DNA of 64,000 nucleotides, taken from positions 5,766,001 to 5,830,000 of the forward strand of contig CM022671.1 of assembly GCA_012295275.1 (NCBI GenBank). Reading direction: 5' to 3'. The notes under the pieces were generated by a model that saw nothing but the letters and a program-made list of their open reading frames with translations, was not told the origin of the DNA and did no database searches. Shown piece by piece: positions 40,032 through 53,194 of this stretch (position 1 is its first letter; the number at the start of each line of letters is the position of its first letter). A program made the translations under genes and the position numbers. The stretch is from Chrysomallon squamiferum (lineage: Eukaryota; Animalia; Mollusca).

Positions 40032-41187
40032 TAGATCATATTAAATATACTAAGATAGATATGTGTTTTTCTTTAAAGTTAGGGAAGAAAGAAAACTTAC
40101 ATATCTGACTTAGCTTTTGTTTCTATATCTTTAAGATTAGCCTCCAGGGAGTTCACTAAGTCAAACACAAATCTCTTTACTGGTAACATCGGCTTCGAAT
40201 CGCTTCGTTTGTGAACAACATCGCTGATGACGTTAGTCAGATCAGTCCCAGTAGCGAGATCTAAAACATCGCCAATCCCCGCTTCAATAGCATTCAGCGG
40301 CTTCTCGATCGTTTCCAAAACCTCGCTCCAAATGTCTCGTCTTCCATTGCTGGTGTCCGAACTCAGGAGCTCGGATGCTGCTTCTACGATCGCCAGGGTC
40401 ATTTGGAACCCTATTTGTTCTAATGGGCTTATGATTTTGTTCCACGTTTCGTTGAAAACATTTCTCTTTTCTCTCCCTTTAGCATCATTTACAGCTTCGT
40501 GTAAAATTTCTTTGCAGCTTCAGTCAGAAGTTGTACAGTTTGCTTTGCTGCAGCTTTTAAGGGCTCCGTGAAACGCTGCCAGACGTCGAATACATTTCGT
40601 TTGCCGATAGCCGATTCGTGATGCTGGAGGTCGCTTAGTAAAACCCCGACTAACGCCTGGACAGATTTCTCGCCTGCTATTTGCAGAGGAACCTTCAGGC
40701 TCTTGAAAAAGTCCTCAAAAATATTTCGTTTATCGAGTTTCGAAGGTGTCGTCTGCTTTATACCTTGTCTTGCTTCAGACTTTTGCGTTTGTTTCATTTC
40801 TTCCATCTCAGCGATCATTCTCATGATATTCGTCAAATCGTGGACTTTCTGTATCCAGATGTTGTCTACATCCCTTCTTCGTTGTCCCACGGCAGTTTCG
40901 GCTGCTTCGTGGATCGTCATGGCGGCCACATCACCCAGAGTTAGTATCGTCTGCTTCCCAATCTGTTGCAGCGGGAGTTTAATTCTACCCCACAGTCGGT
41001 GAAGAATGCCTCGTTTCTCCGTATTCTTGAAAAATTCATGTGACTCTATATTTGGTGCGAATGCGCGAGAAATTTCAGATTGGGAAAAATAATCTTCTTG
41101 ACTTTTAGTTTTCAAAACATTAGCAGACGATTTTATCAGGAAGCACGACACAACGGCAGCCAAGAAAAATAGAGCACCAGACTGCAT
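38782..41187 (-). CDS. Gene D: secreted polyprotein precursor with dibasic-site-delimited amphipathic peptide repeats and a C-terminal 'X' module; ~465 aa if a 1-nt deletion at ~40512 is corrected
   Basis: Exons 41187-40101, 39648-39407, 39219-39164 (56 nt) and 38793-38782 (FTK*); phases 2,1,0. Signal MQSGALFFLAAVVSCFLIKSSA; KR/RR/RRR sites every ~40-47 aa. ORFs 40489-41187 and 40097-40402 join if one A is added at GCA AA[A] GAA ATT. Confidence 0.85.
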
Positions 41188-41599
41188 CGTTCAAATACTG
41201 AAACTAAAACGAAACAGAAAAAAAAATTTTTGGCTATCTTTTAAAGGAAACGATATACCTTAATACTTCTGTTAAGGGGAAGTACCTAGAACGGGATATT
41301 ATCTCAACAGGTGCATCGAAAGGTTCGATTCTGTGATCCACCATGTCTAATGGATACGTTATATAGTCAGTAAAATTATATTCATGCTCAAAACTAAACT
41401 AATGATAAAAAATAATAAAAACATTAAAAACATTAAAAATTTAAATATTAAAAATATTTGAGGAAACAAAATAATAAAAAAAAAAAAAAAAAATTCAATT
41501 TAAAAAAAAAAAAAAAAAAAAAAACAGTTGTTTTACTTTTCATAATTATTTCTTTAATAAAAATTCTTCAAATATTTTCAAGAGTTATGAACAACTTAC

Positions 41600-41690
41600 C
41601 TCCAACGTGTAACGTAAATTTTTCACAGTTTGACATAAATTTGAGAAATCTGTATTTATAAACGAATTTTGAGCTGTGTTGAAGATAAGT
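41600..41690 (-). promoter_or_regulatory. Gene D TATA promoter and short non-coding exon 1
   Basis: TATAAATA at 41660-41653, a GATA motif AGATAAG at ~41682, and donor GAG|GTAAGT at 41600/41599. The acceptor lies 10 nt before ATG 41187. Confidence 0.6.
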
Positions 41691-41945
41691 CACACAGAGG
41701 TATGTTTTATTACGTAAGACTGAATATCAGTGTCATTTCAGATATTTGTTAGAACGTGCCATGCAGACATTTAGAAGTATTATAAAGAGGTGTGTAAAAT
41801 GTTGGTTAATGCGATTTTTCGGAAACACGTAGATCTCCACAGACTTTTGAAATTCAAAATGGCGTTAAGGCAGACGACGTTAATTGTTGTTTTATTTATC
41901 TGTTATCATTTTCATCATCATCATCATCATCTTATTATTATTATT

Positions 41946-41996
<51 letters not shown>

Positions 41997-42755
41997 ATTA
42001 TTATTATTATTAATAAATAAATAAAATGAAATCTGTGTATGTATGTGTTTTTGTTTTGTGTGTAGGCAGGAACAGTGGCGTACTTAAGCTGATTTTATGG
42101 TAAAGTTATTCTGAACGATGGATGTGGGATATTTGGATAGGGGTGCAATTTCAATGCTTGACAAAGGAGTTATTTCGTTATAAATTTTTCGTGGCATCGG
42201 CTGTTACCGAACAACTTAAAGATTTGCTTCAGACAGTTAATCTAAAAAATGTTCCAAGATAAATCCATATCCGTTATATACAGATCAGTTCAGTCGAATG
42301 TAATAATAAAATGCCGTAATAGAATGTTTATCTGTAGAACTTGTGTGTTCTTGTACACTAGATTTCGTTTTTCTGTTGTTAAAGTGTTGTTCTTAAATTA
42401 CACCTTTTTTTTCAGACTCACCGTCTTCCTAGTTTCTTGTGTCAGCTTTCAGAATAAATATGCTGCGTAATTCAACTTGTAATTGTAACTGTGGGAAATT
42501 TGAAAATGAAAGTTGACCGGACATATTTTCTTATAAAGTAAACTTTCGGTTCTCAGACAGTGAATAATAGCCATTTGAATAATTGTATATTAAAATATTT
42601 ATGTTGTCATTATTCAGTTGTTACTGACGATTTATCGTTAGATTTATAGTCAGTTTAGCCGTGTGTTTTTGGGTGGGTTTTTGTTGTTGTTTTTGTAACC
42701 TTTTGTTGTCTTGAATTAGGTGGGGTCGCGTAGGTGGTTTATTCTATGAGTATCT

Positions 42756-42836
<81 letters not shown>

Positions 42837-43049
42837 TATTCTCTTTTATTTTCTTTCAACTCCAGTACTAGTCATATCTATTACTCGTATGAAATGAAAA
42901 AGCAGTAATCGTTCTTGCTTTTATTTCTGTTTTGTGTTACTCATTGAGTCTTTCATCTTATTATTATTTTCATTTTATTAGATATTCGCCGAGTCATTGC
43001 TGACTAATTTTGATATCGTTCTTGCTCAATTGTGAAAATAATAATAATA

Positions 43050-43115
<66 letters not shown>

Positions 43116-43281
43116 TGTCTGTATATCTGCCTCTTTCAGTATTAGTGTATAGATAAGTAACGGCATATATGTTTATATATTCGTACCTTTGTGTTTGTAT
43201 TTCTTTAGGTGTATAATTATGGGTACGTGTGTCTATGCAAAATGGCTATTCATTATATAATTAAACATATAACTGATGTTT

Positions 43282-43325
<44 letters not shown>

Positions 43326-43344
43326 GTTTAACTCCTTCAGCATT

Positions 43345-43379
<35 letters not shown>

Positions 43380-44056
43380 CTGAGGTGTATTTATAATATA
43401 TTTGTAGTCCCAGTAAAAAAAAAAAACACAAAAATCCCCCAAACAACAACAACACATATAAAAAATAAAACAAAATAAAACAAACAATCGTCCTGCACCT
43501 AAATGAAACAATAATGAAACTTTAAAGGGACGTTTTCGGAGTTCGGCGAGTTGTGATGGTATCAGTCAATTAGTAAATCAAGTTTTATCACGGTAAAGCT
43601 AAGTCGTAGTTACAGATTAAAAGTACTTGTGGCTTTCTAAGAATGTCTCCTTAGAACACAGACAAAATAAAATAACATAACGTAACATAACATAACATAA
43701 CATAACATAACATAACATAACATAACATAACATAACATAATATAATATAATATAATATAATATAATGTAATATGAATGAATTAATAAATAAATAAATAAA
43801 ATAAAATAAAATAAAATAATTAGTAGGAAGAAGAACTAAATGCATTTATCCAGGTTAGTTTCAGAATACTTGCATTTCGTTTCAAATAATTACTCAGTGT
43901 CAAAATGCACATTACATTTATTTATAAATATAATATCTCTATGTCTAAATTCCAGGCAACAATGTGACAAAGGAAAAAATAGTTGTTTTAAAACATTGAC
44001 AATGAGCACTGGTAAATGAAAATGGGTAATGTTTGCTGATTATGTATGTATATGTC

Positions 44057-44087
<31 letters not shown>

Positions 44088-44453
44088 GAGCAGAAAAACA
44101 AGAGATTACATAACTGTTGTTCGTTAAAGCAAATTTGCGAAGTTTCATTTGCGTATATAACATAAGCTTGGGTGAATATGTATGCATGTGAGTTGTGTTC
44201 AGTTGTTTGGCAGACGTTCACTGTAGTAACTATGAGTTTTAGGTTAAACTGTGTCAACATGTCAGAACTACAACGTAAGCTGATTTGATTTACTGAAAAC
44301 GACGCCAATGGGGTAATTCTTAAAATACATTATTTTTCACTTTAATACTTTTGTAGACTAGCGAATATATAGAGGCATATATAATTATTTTAAAAATAAA
44401 TAATTAATTAAATAAAAAAATATAATGCTCAGGAACAAGAATAATTACCTCAC

Positions 44454-44504
<51 letters not shown>

Positions 44505-44631
44505 AATAAATAAAAATATATTATTAGCGCATTTACATGCATAAAACGTTCTTCTGTATCGGTTTCGTATCAAGGGAGATTACTCTAAATATTTGCGGGA
44601 AAGTACGAAAAATGTGTAAAGTTTTGCACAA

Positions 44632-45308
44632 ATGTCTTTGCTAAAATCTGGCATTTGTCAGGCTTTCACAGACGAAGTTGGTAAAAGTCTGAAGGAAGCA
44701 GGTATAAAAACAGTCACAGACTTTATAACAAGAGATCCCGAGGAACTGTCACAAAATTGCTGTATACCTTTTCATGCAAGTAGTTTTAAATTAAAGGAAT
44801 CAATTCTGACAATATTGACACTGACATTATTTTAAATGGACTTATTTCTCATTCAAATACAGCTAGTTAACTGAATCTCATTGGACCAAAATTAACAAAC
44901 ATGCATGGAAAGTAATAAACTTTACCTGTTTCATAATTAGTGTGATAATTTAGTATATTTTATTTTTATCCCGTTAATTGAGTAATATTTGACTAACGAC
45001 ATTAAATTACGTAAGTATTATCGAACTTTTGAAAGATGAAAACGATTATAGATATTAATTCATTTCATTATGTTAATAATATTTTTGTTGTTGTTTGTTG
45101 TTGTTGTTATTATTATTATCTGTTTAGGATGTTGTTGCAATTCGACGTGTCCTTTTAGCTCAGCATTCAGCATTTCCTGTCAGAGGATGCGACGTCTACG
45201 ATGCTGCAGTTTTATCAACAGCATTGCTGTCGACATCATGTCCTAAGTAACAACACTGAACACATATTATAATGTTTCTTATTATCTATCTATCCATCTA
45301 TCAATCTA

Positions 45309-45354
<46 letters not shown>

Positions 45355-46566
45355 TTTAGCACTATTTTTCATTATAAAATATTAATTGTAATATATCAGT
45401 TAATTAGTAACAAATAATGCACATTTATATGTTCTAGGACACCCATGTTTAAATTCGTGTGGTTTTTTGTTACAAAGGCTAAATATTTCAGGTAAAAAAT
45501 CTATTTTATTTGAAAAAATATTTTTCTTAATATTATGTCACAACATAGTTGCTGACATCTTCATATTAAAAAAAAAAAAGGCACATAAACAATGCATGAA
45601 CAAAATGGATATAAAATACAGGCAAATGTACATTCATTTCATCACACCCAAAATATCATGTACCTATTTTTACTGTCCTTGTATGTCTTTGTTTTTATAG
45701 GTTTTTGGTGTTGTTGTTTTTTTAGCTTTATATAAGTTTTGACTGTATTGTTTTTATTAATATATGAATCTAAATGTATATCTAAATATTTATGTATTAA
45801 AGGCATTTGTGTTTGTTTTTTCTTAAATTCAGAATAGATGAATTGTTGGATGGAGGTCTGTACACAGGGGAGGTAACTGAGCTGGCTGGGGAAGTAGCTT
45901 CAGGTAAAACACAGGTAAATAATTCCTTAACTTTTATAACTCAGAATTAAACAATAATAAAAATATTAAATAGAAATATTTAAAAAAATTAAAAATGTTA
46001 GAAACAAACATTAATCTGGAAAATGAAGTATATGTTAATTTATAATGTATCTGAATATATATATATATATCTATATGTTTAATTTATGATATAGCTGTAA
46101 TTCTATATGTATATATAAAATATAAATCTATATTTGTGAATGTGTTTGTATTTTAAAGTTCATCTGTTTGTGTTGAAATTTTGTTGTGTTTAGACGTCTG
46201 CTTTGTTTCAGATCTGTATGAGCAGTGCGGCCACGGTTGCCCGCGACAACAAACAGAATGTTATCTATGTTGACACAAATGGTGGATTTTGTGCAGAGAG
46301 AGTTGTCCAGTTTCTCTCAAAACATCAAAAAACAGAAGAGGTAATTTTATACACAGAATCAAAAAACTTTTTCCTGTTATTTATTATTATTATCATTTTT
46401 TTAAGAAATGATATATCTTACATTCGTAGCTTGCAAAACTTGTTAGGTGAAGGCCACAGAATTACCATTATAAATTAAGCTAATATCTTAATTATTACAA
46501 CCATACAACCAGAACTCTCTAAGATTAAAAAAATTAAAATAAAAATAAATAAAGATAAATAAAATA

Positions 46567-46597
<31 letters not shown>

Positions 46598-49032
46598 AAA
46601 TTAAATAAAATTTTAAAAGAAATTTAAACATTTCTGAGCACAGAATATCAGTGGAATGCTTACCAGTAAAAATGTTTTCTTATGTTTTTGATTGCTGCTT
46701 TGTATTTTAGCCAGACACTGAATCAATGTTACAGAAGATAAAGGTTATCCAGGCTCATGACATTTTCGCAGTTTTCACTTGTTTGGAAGAAATAAAAAGT
46801 AAACTTGCAAGACAGGTTTGTGCAATTATATTGCAAATAAAGGTTGACTTTAAAAAAAAAAAAAAAAATTTAATTTAGTTGTAATGACAGCACATATAGG
46901 TCTATATGTCACTTATTTTCAAAGTTTGCTTCAGATGAGCAAGTTTTGTTTGATATCTTAAAAAACAATAAAGATTTGTTGCTAATATAAATATATATCA
47001 TATTTTTTTATGTTGAATTTTTAAAACTATTCACAAAACAATTGACCATTTCCTTTGAGACCTAAATAAAAATTAAAATAACTTTAAAAAAAATTAATAT
47101 TTAAATAAAAACAACACTTTTAAAATATAAATAATAATAATAATATTAATAACAATAAAAAATAATAATTAATAAATTTTCACCATTTAATTTCACTATT
47201 AAAAACAAGAAATTCTTTTTCTTATTATTTAAATATATTACAGCAATGCTATCAACATTATGCTACAGTAAAGTTTTATTTTTAGTAAAAAGTGCTTTCT
47301 GTTGCCTGAGATGTGTGTGAAGGTTGTTTTGTAAACTTTGTTTTCAGTCGTGTTCATTCTACAGTGGTTTGAAGCTGGTTGTGGTTGATTCTGTGTCTGC
47401 CATCATATACCCAGTGCTTGGAGGTCAGCAACTGGATGGTAAGGAAAACTAAACATCTGTTAAGAATATTACACTTTGAGAACTAAAACTGTTCTGTTGT
47501 TATGTGGTTTAGTCACTGGTCCCAAATTGTCAAGGTTCTGGGATCATTTCTGGTATCAGCTTCTATCCAGAGCTATTTTGGAAAGTTTTAGATCACTGCT
47601 TTTTCTATTCTCAAAATTTTTATTTTTTAATTTGATATTTCTGAAGACAAACATTTATTATGAAGTTAAATCAGTTATCTTTAAACTTGGAAGGTCCTGA
47701 GATTTTTTTCCCCAATATTATCAGCTTTTCTCTAGAGCTAACTGGGAAAGTACTAAAATATTTTCATTTTCTTTTCCTTTTTTTTATATTAATTTGATAT
47801 CTCCAAAATTTATATTTATGCTTTATAAATCATTGGTCTCTAAACCAGAAGATTCTGGAATCACTTCCACTATCAGCTTCTTTGCAGAGCTATTTGGGAA
47901 AAGATTCAGTCACCAAAATCATTTTCTATTAAAAAAAAAGTTTATAACTCATTAAAAACATTCTTTATTCATTCTGATTCTGTGAATATTTTTGAACCTT
48001 GACGAGACAAATTTCCTGATCTAAGATCAGTGTTCAGTTCATACTTTTAATTTGAACCTGTCTGGTATGTTTAATATAATTGTGTACAGTTAAAGGAGAA
48101 AGAAATAATATTCAGTGATACATTAGTTGATCTACAGATCATTAATCTCTAGTATTTATTTACAGGACATGGCCTCATGGTCCTTTTAGGTCAGAAGTTA
48201 AAAATGTTAGCAGTGGATTTCTCATTAGCAGTTCTAGTAAGCATCTTGTATTTATCTGCCTATCAGTTTAATGCATGTGACTGTATAATCTTAATCTATT
48301 AGTTATGTTTTATTTAACCTTGTCTTATAGACTCCTGCAGAAAATGTTTTGATTGAAAGAGCAATCATTATTACATTTTTTTTTTTAAAGTAATGAAATA
48401 TACTGGTATGGTCAAAAAAAATGTTTGACATAAAAAAATAATGACATTAATAAATAATAAAAATTAAAAACAAACTGATAGAAAAATCAATATTATTTAA
48501 TAAAAATAAAGTTTATGTTTCAGATTACAAATAATGTTGTGTTTGGAGACAGGGGTGAGCAGACTGCGAGTTTAGGTAGAACCTGGTCACACACACCACA
48601 CACTCGCATCATTCTTCAGACTTGTAACAAAACCAGACTAGCAACACTGGTGAAAAGTACAAGAATGGTAGTAAATTACTTCTAACATAATTTTGCAATC
48701 ATTTATAAATTCATTCTAGACTTACATTGTGACAAAATGCATGTGTGACTCATTGCACTGAAATAAGGAAATAATTAAGCCACATTTTGACTACATGAAG
48801 ATGTCTCTTTTTCAAGTTAAAAATGTATCTGTAAATGTCAGTATGAGATAATTCTGTCTTGAACTGTTCGAATTCTGGCCTATTTACAACTGTATATTTG
48901 TACTGTCCTGTAAATAACCTTTGACATTTGTTCAAATTTGATTTACAACACTTTATTAATTAATCTAGAATGTTGTTTGTTTGTTTGTTTCAGTTAACTC
49001 CAGCATCAACTGATTTCACAATACCAGAATGA
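44632..49032 (+). CDS. RAD51D: DNA repair protein RAD51 homolog 4, ~307 aa
   Basis: Exons 44632-44775 (GC donor), 45128-45246, 45833-45914, 46212-46340, 46711-46815, 47348-47438, 48166-48236, 48524-48667 and 48994-49032. Motifs: [27 protein letters not shown], Walker [16 protein letters not shown], Walker B LVVVDSV and [13 protein letters not shown], all typical of RAD51D. Confidence 0.95.
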
Positions 49033-50133
49033 AGAATCACAAGATTATCACCTGCTGTTCTTACAGACTAGTGTTTCAGTTAACAATTAAGGAAGATAAC
49101 TCTCATCTTGATTTGGTGCTGGAACCAAGAACTGGAGGTATTTCAGTTAATAAAGCTACACGTTTGACAGTATGTAAGATCTCCATATTTGAATCAGACT
49201 GAAAAAAAGATGAATACAAAAAAACATTTATAATTCAGCAGAGATAAATTATCTCATAACTGTTTTCAAAACTATTGATGAGTTAAGGAGATTAACAAAG
49301 ATAAAATGTTGAAAGAAGAGCAAAAATGGAAGAAAAATAAAAAGTGGTTCTTTAATTTCACAGTCATTGAAATAAAATCTGTATTTTTTTAATAATGTTT
49401 CAATGGTATTCTGTTTTAAATCTTTATATATTCATATACACAGGCTTGTTTTTACATGCATACTCTTGTGTAGCTTTGCAGATTAAATTACACTTCATGG
49501 CTTTTCAAGACCTTGATACAATACAATAAGGTTATATTTAAAAAAAATGTTTTTGAAAATTGCAATATCTTTTGGCAAAAACAAATAAAGTACTAACATT
49601 AAAACAGATATATATTAATAAAAATTATTTTCAAACATAAAAACACAATAATTAGATAAGCTAAAATAATGGTAAGTTAATAGTGATGAAAATAGGTTTT
49701 GAGACCTACAGATATACTCTGTGTAGCTACTGCAAACTGAATTAATTATGCAAATATCATCATTATTATTATAAAAAAAATGACAAATGATTTCATCAGC
49801 AGAATCATAGTGAAACAGAAAACTGACAAAAGTTAAATTGTGTATAGTTTACCTGTCTTCACATATAAATTTCTATCAGTTAAGTATAATGGTAAGAAAG
49901 TATTCAGCTACTCTGGGAAGACAGCAGATAAAAGTTAATGCTGTAGATATCAGCAGTAAAGAGTAAAAAAAAACAAATAAATAAATAAATAATAATAAAT
50001 ACAAATAATTTATATACAAAAAAAAAAACTATTCATAAAAGTTAGTAATCTATGAATCGATGCTGCCCAATCCACATAATTATTTATACATTTCAAAACA
50101 TTTCTACTTTTTAAAATCTAAACACAGCAAATA

Positions 50134-51628
50134 TCATCCCACACTGTAGACATTATTATAAACTTTGCCATTGAAGGAAATCACTTGTTTTGGACGAATT
50201 GCTAACCCTCCATTAGCAACCATTTCTTTGTAACAGTTAGCATAATGTCTGTTTGCTTCTGAAATATTTTCATCATTGATGTATTTATCCAGCTGTTAAA
50301 AAAAACAAAAACAAAAAATAACCATAATAACCATAATAATAATAATAATAATAAATTAAATTCTATGACCAAAACAGCTGAATTTTTTCAAAAATCAGCT
50401 TAATTTTTCAAAAATAAAGTTATTAAAACTCTTGACTTATATACAACCGTTAAATGAAATAAAAAGCTAATACACAGAATGACTATATTTTAGTATTTTC
50501 TAGAATCTTTTATGTAAATAAACATTTTAATTCTATTCTTAGTAAAATAAAAAAAATAAAAATTCATACTGGATAGATTGTAGCTTAATGGTGGAATGTT
50601 TGTATAATTACCACTGATCGTTAATCTTTTGTCTTTAATGAACCCACTGAGCATTTTCTAAATCCTATCAAAATTATATTTGTTTTGTTTAAAAATACCT
50701 CAAAACAAGTATATATTATCATATATTAATCATATAAATTAATTTTCTTTAAAGCACCCAGTTCCAGTAAATATGAAAGTATATATTAACATTTGTATAT
50801 TAATTATTACAAATTAATTATAAAATTAATGAAGAAATTTTAAAATATTTATTTATGATATATCTGTTAGAAGACATTTTAAAATATTTATTTACAAGAT
50901 ATCTGTTTGAAAATATTTTAAAATATTTATTTATTATTACATATACAAATTAATTCTCATCAACAAATCCATCAGGCATTTTTCTAATTCAAGTCAGTAT
51001 GAGATAATATTTTAAAGATGTTAATGATTATTACGTACTAGACATACAAATCAGAGACGTACACTCGACAGAACCTACCTCCATCCAGCAACATTTAGAA
51101 ATTTCTCTCTCGCAAGCGTTGATGGTTTCATTCAGAGGTTTCATGACACAGATGAAATAAATATCTGAACAGCCAAAGCGGTAGTTGTGTTGGTGTCGGA
51201 AACAAAGCAGACACTCGAACTCACACCTGACTCCCGTTTCTTCAAAGACTTCTCTTTTAGCAGTGTCTGCTAGGTTTTCACCTGGATATTAAAAAAAACG
51301 CAACAACATTAATACATAACATCACCAAAAAGAAAATATTCTATGTGTTTTTGTTGTTTTGATAAAAGGGAATGGGAAAATGCTTGTACCTTTTTCAGCA
51401 TGGCCTCCAGGCAGTTTCCAGTGGATTTTGGATGCGTATTTTTCCTGAACAGCAAGAATCTCGTTTCTGCTGTTTATGACAAACCCAGCAACACCTACAA
51501 TTGGAAAACAATGTGGATTTCTTTTTTTTCTTTTTTTCTTTTTTTGTTGTTGTCAAAATCATCATGTATTATTACTACTGTTTTTGTTATTATTATTCTT
51601 GTTTTTGTTATTATTGTTATTGTTATTG

Positions 51629-51659
<31 letters not shown>

Positions 51660-53163
51660 CATCAACATTAATACTATTAGTATTACTCCTGTTATTAATT
51701 ATTATTATCATTGTTATTGCTGTTATTATTTATTATTAAGGTTAATTTTTACAGATATGAACAAAAAATATATATATATATATATTTTAAAATTCATTTA
51801 GTGTTTTATCATTACAATATTTAACAGATTTTTTTTTCTAACAGACAATTCCTCTTTCACTCTTAATAGAGGTTTTACTGATACTGTGTTACAGTACAGA
51901 TACACATTACATGGGCAGATAACTCATTCTACTGATCACCTTTCACTGGACAATCCCCATAATATAATATTAATATTATCATTGGGAAACTGGAGAGAAA
52001 CTGTGGTAAATGTATATGTGAGAGTGTGTTTCTGTTTTAGACACTGAAACTGTCTCACCTATGTACTGGTTGGCATATTCTGGAATTCCATTTGATTCCT
52101 CTTTAGCAAGCCACCGAGTCAACATGACATAACCAGACTGAGCATGATGAAAATCAAATCCTAACTAGCAGAGAAAAATTATAAATCTATGATTTTAATT
52201 AGAATAAAAAAATAAAAAAAAGATACATAAAATAAAAAAAAAAAAAAAAGTAAAATAAAAATAATATAAATAAATAAATAAATAAAAATAAAAACAATAA
52301 AAAGAAGTAAATCTTTTCTAAGTCACTGTATCCTCAATGTAAATAAAGTCCACAGTAATGACTGTTCTTACTGCATCTTCTTGTTTTTTTCTCAGTCCAA
52401 CCAATGCTCTCTTTAGTTTATCAAGTCATGGTTATGTGTTGTGTTGCTGTAATCATCATTATACAAAAAAATGTGTGTCTTGACATTAAATTACTTTTTA
52501 TATTAAAATATAAGGAGTATTATTCAATCTCTCTGATGAATTACAATAAAAAAAACAATTAAAAAAAACAACAGAACTATGAGTTACCTCCACTAATTTT
52601 GGAACTAGTTTTGACTGTTCAGTTTTCACTTTTACCCATAATCCTCTGACCCCTGCTTTCTCCCATTCAGAAACTGCAGCTGTAATATATAAATAATTAT
52701 TAGTATTTTAAATGTGTTCCTTTGATTAAAAAATACATTAATTAATTAATTTTAATCTAAATATTATTCAATTTATTGTACCAGATGTTTCACCAATTTG
52801 GTGTCAGTAAGTATTTCCTTAAATATATTCAAGATAGTTTAATATTTTTTGTTTTGAATAAATTTTGCTAATTTTTTTTTATTATTTTTTTTTTTGATAT
52901 AAAAATAATTAAAGTTAGTCACTTTACCACTCGAACATACTCCAACCATCAGCAACAAAGGATTATTTATATGCATACCCATAGGTGGGAAAAAATGATA
53001 GACTATTTTTGGTAAGTTGATGTAGGCAATGTTTGGAATGTGAAACAGTTCAACTGGATGTAATGGAGAACTGATCCTGGAATCTGAATCAAGTGTTCTA
53101 ACTACTGAGCTTTATTATTTTCAGTACAAGAACACAAATGGTAAGAGGAAAAACAAAAAATAA

Positions 53164-53194
<31 letters not shown>

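Noticed and set aside
40500-40520. Programmed -1 ribosomal frameshift in gene D
   Set aside because: No in-frame X XXY YYZ slippery heptamer; a 1-nt homopolymer deletion is the simpler explanation.
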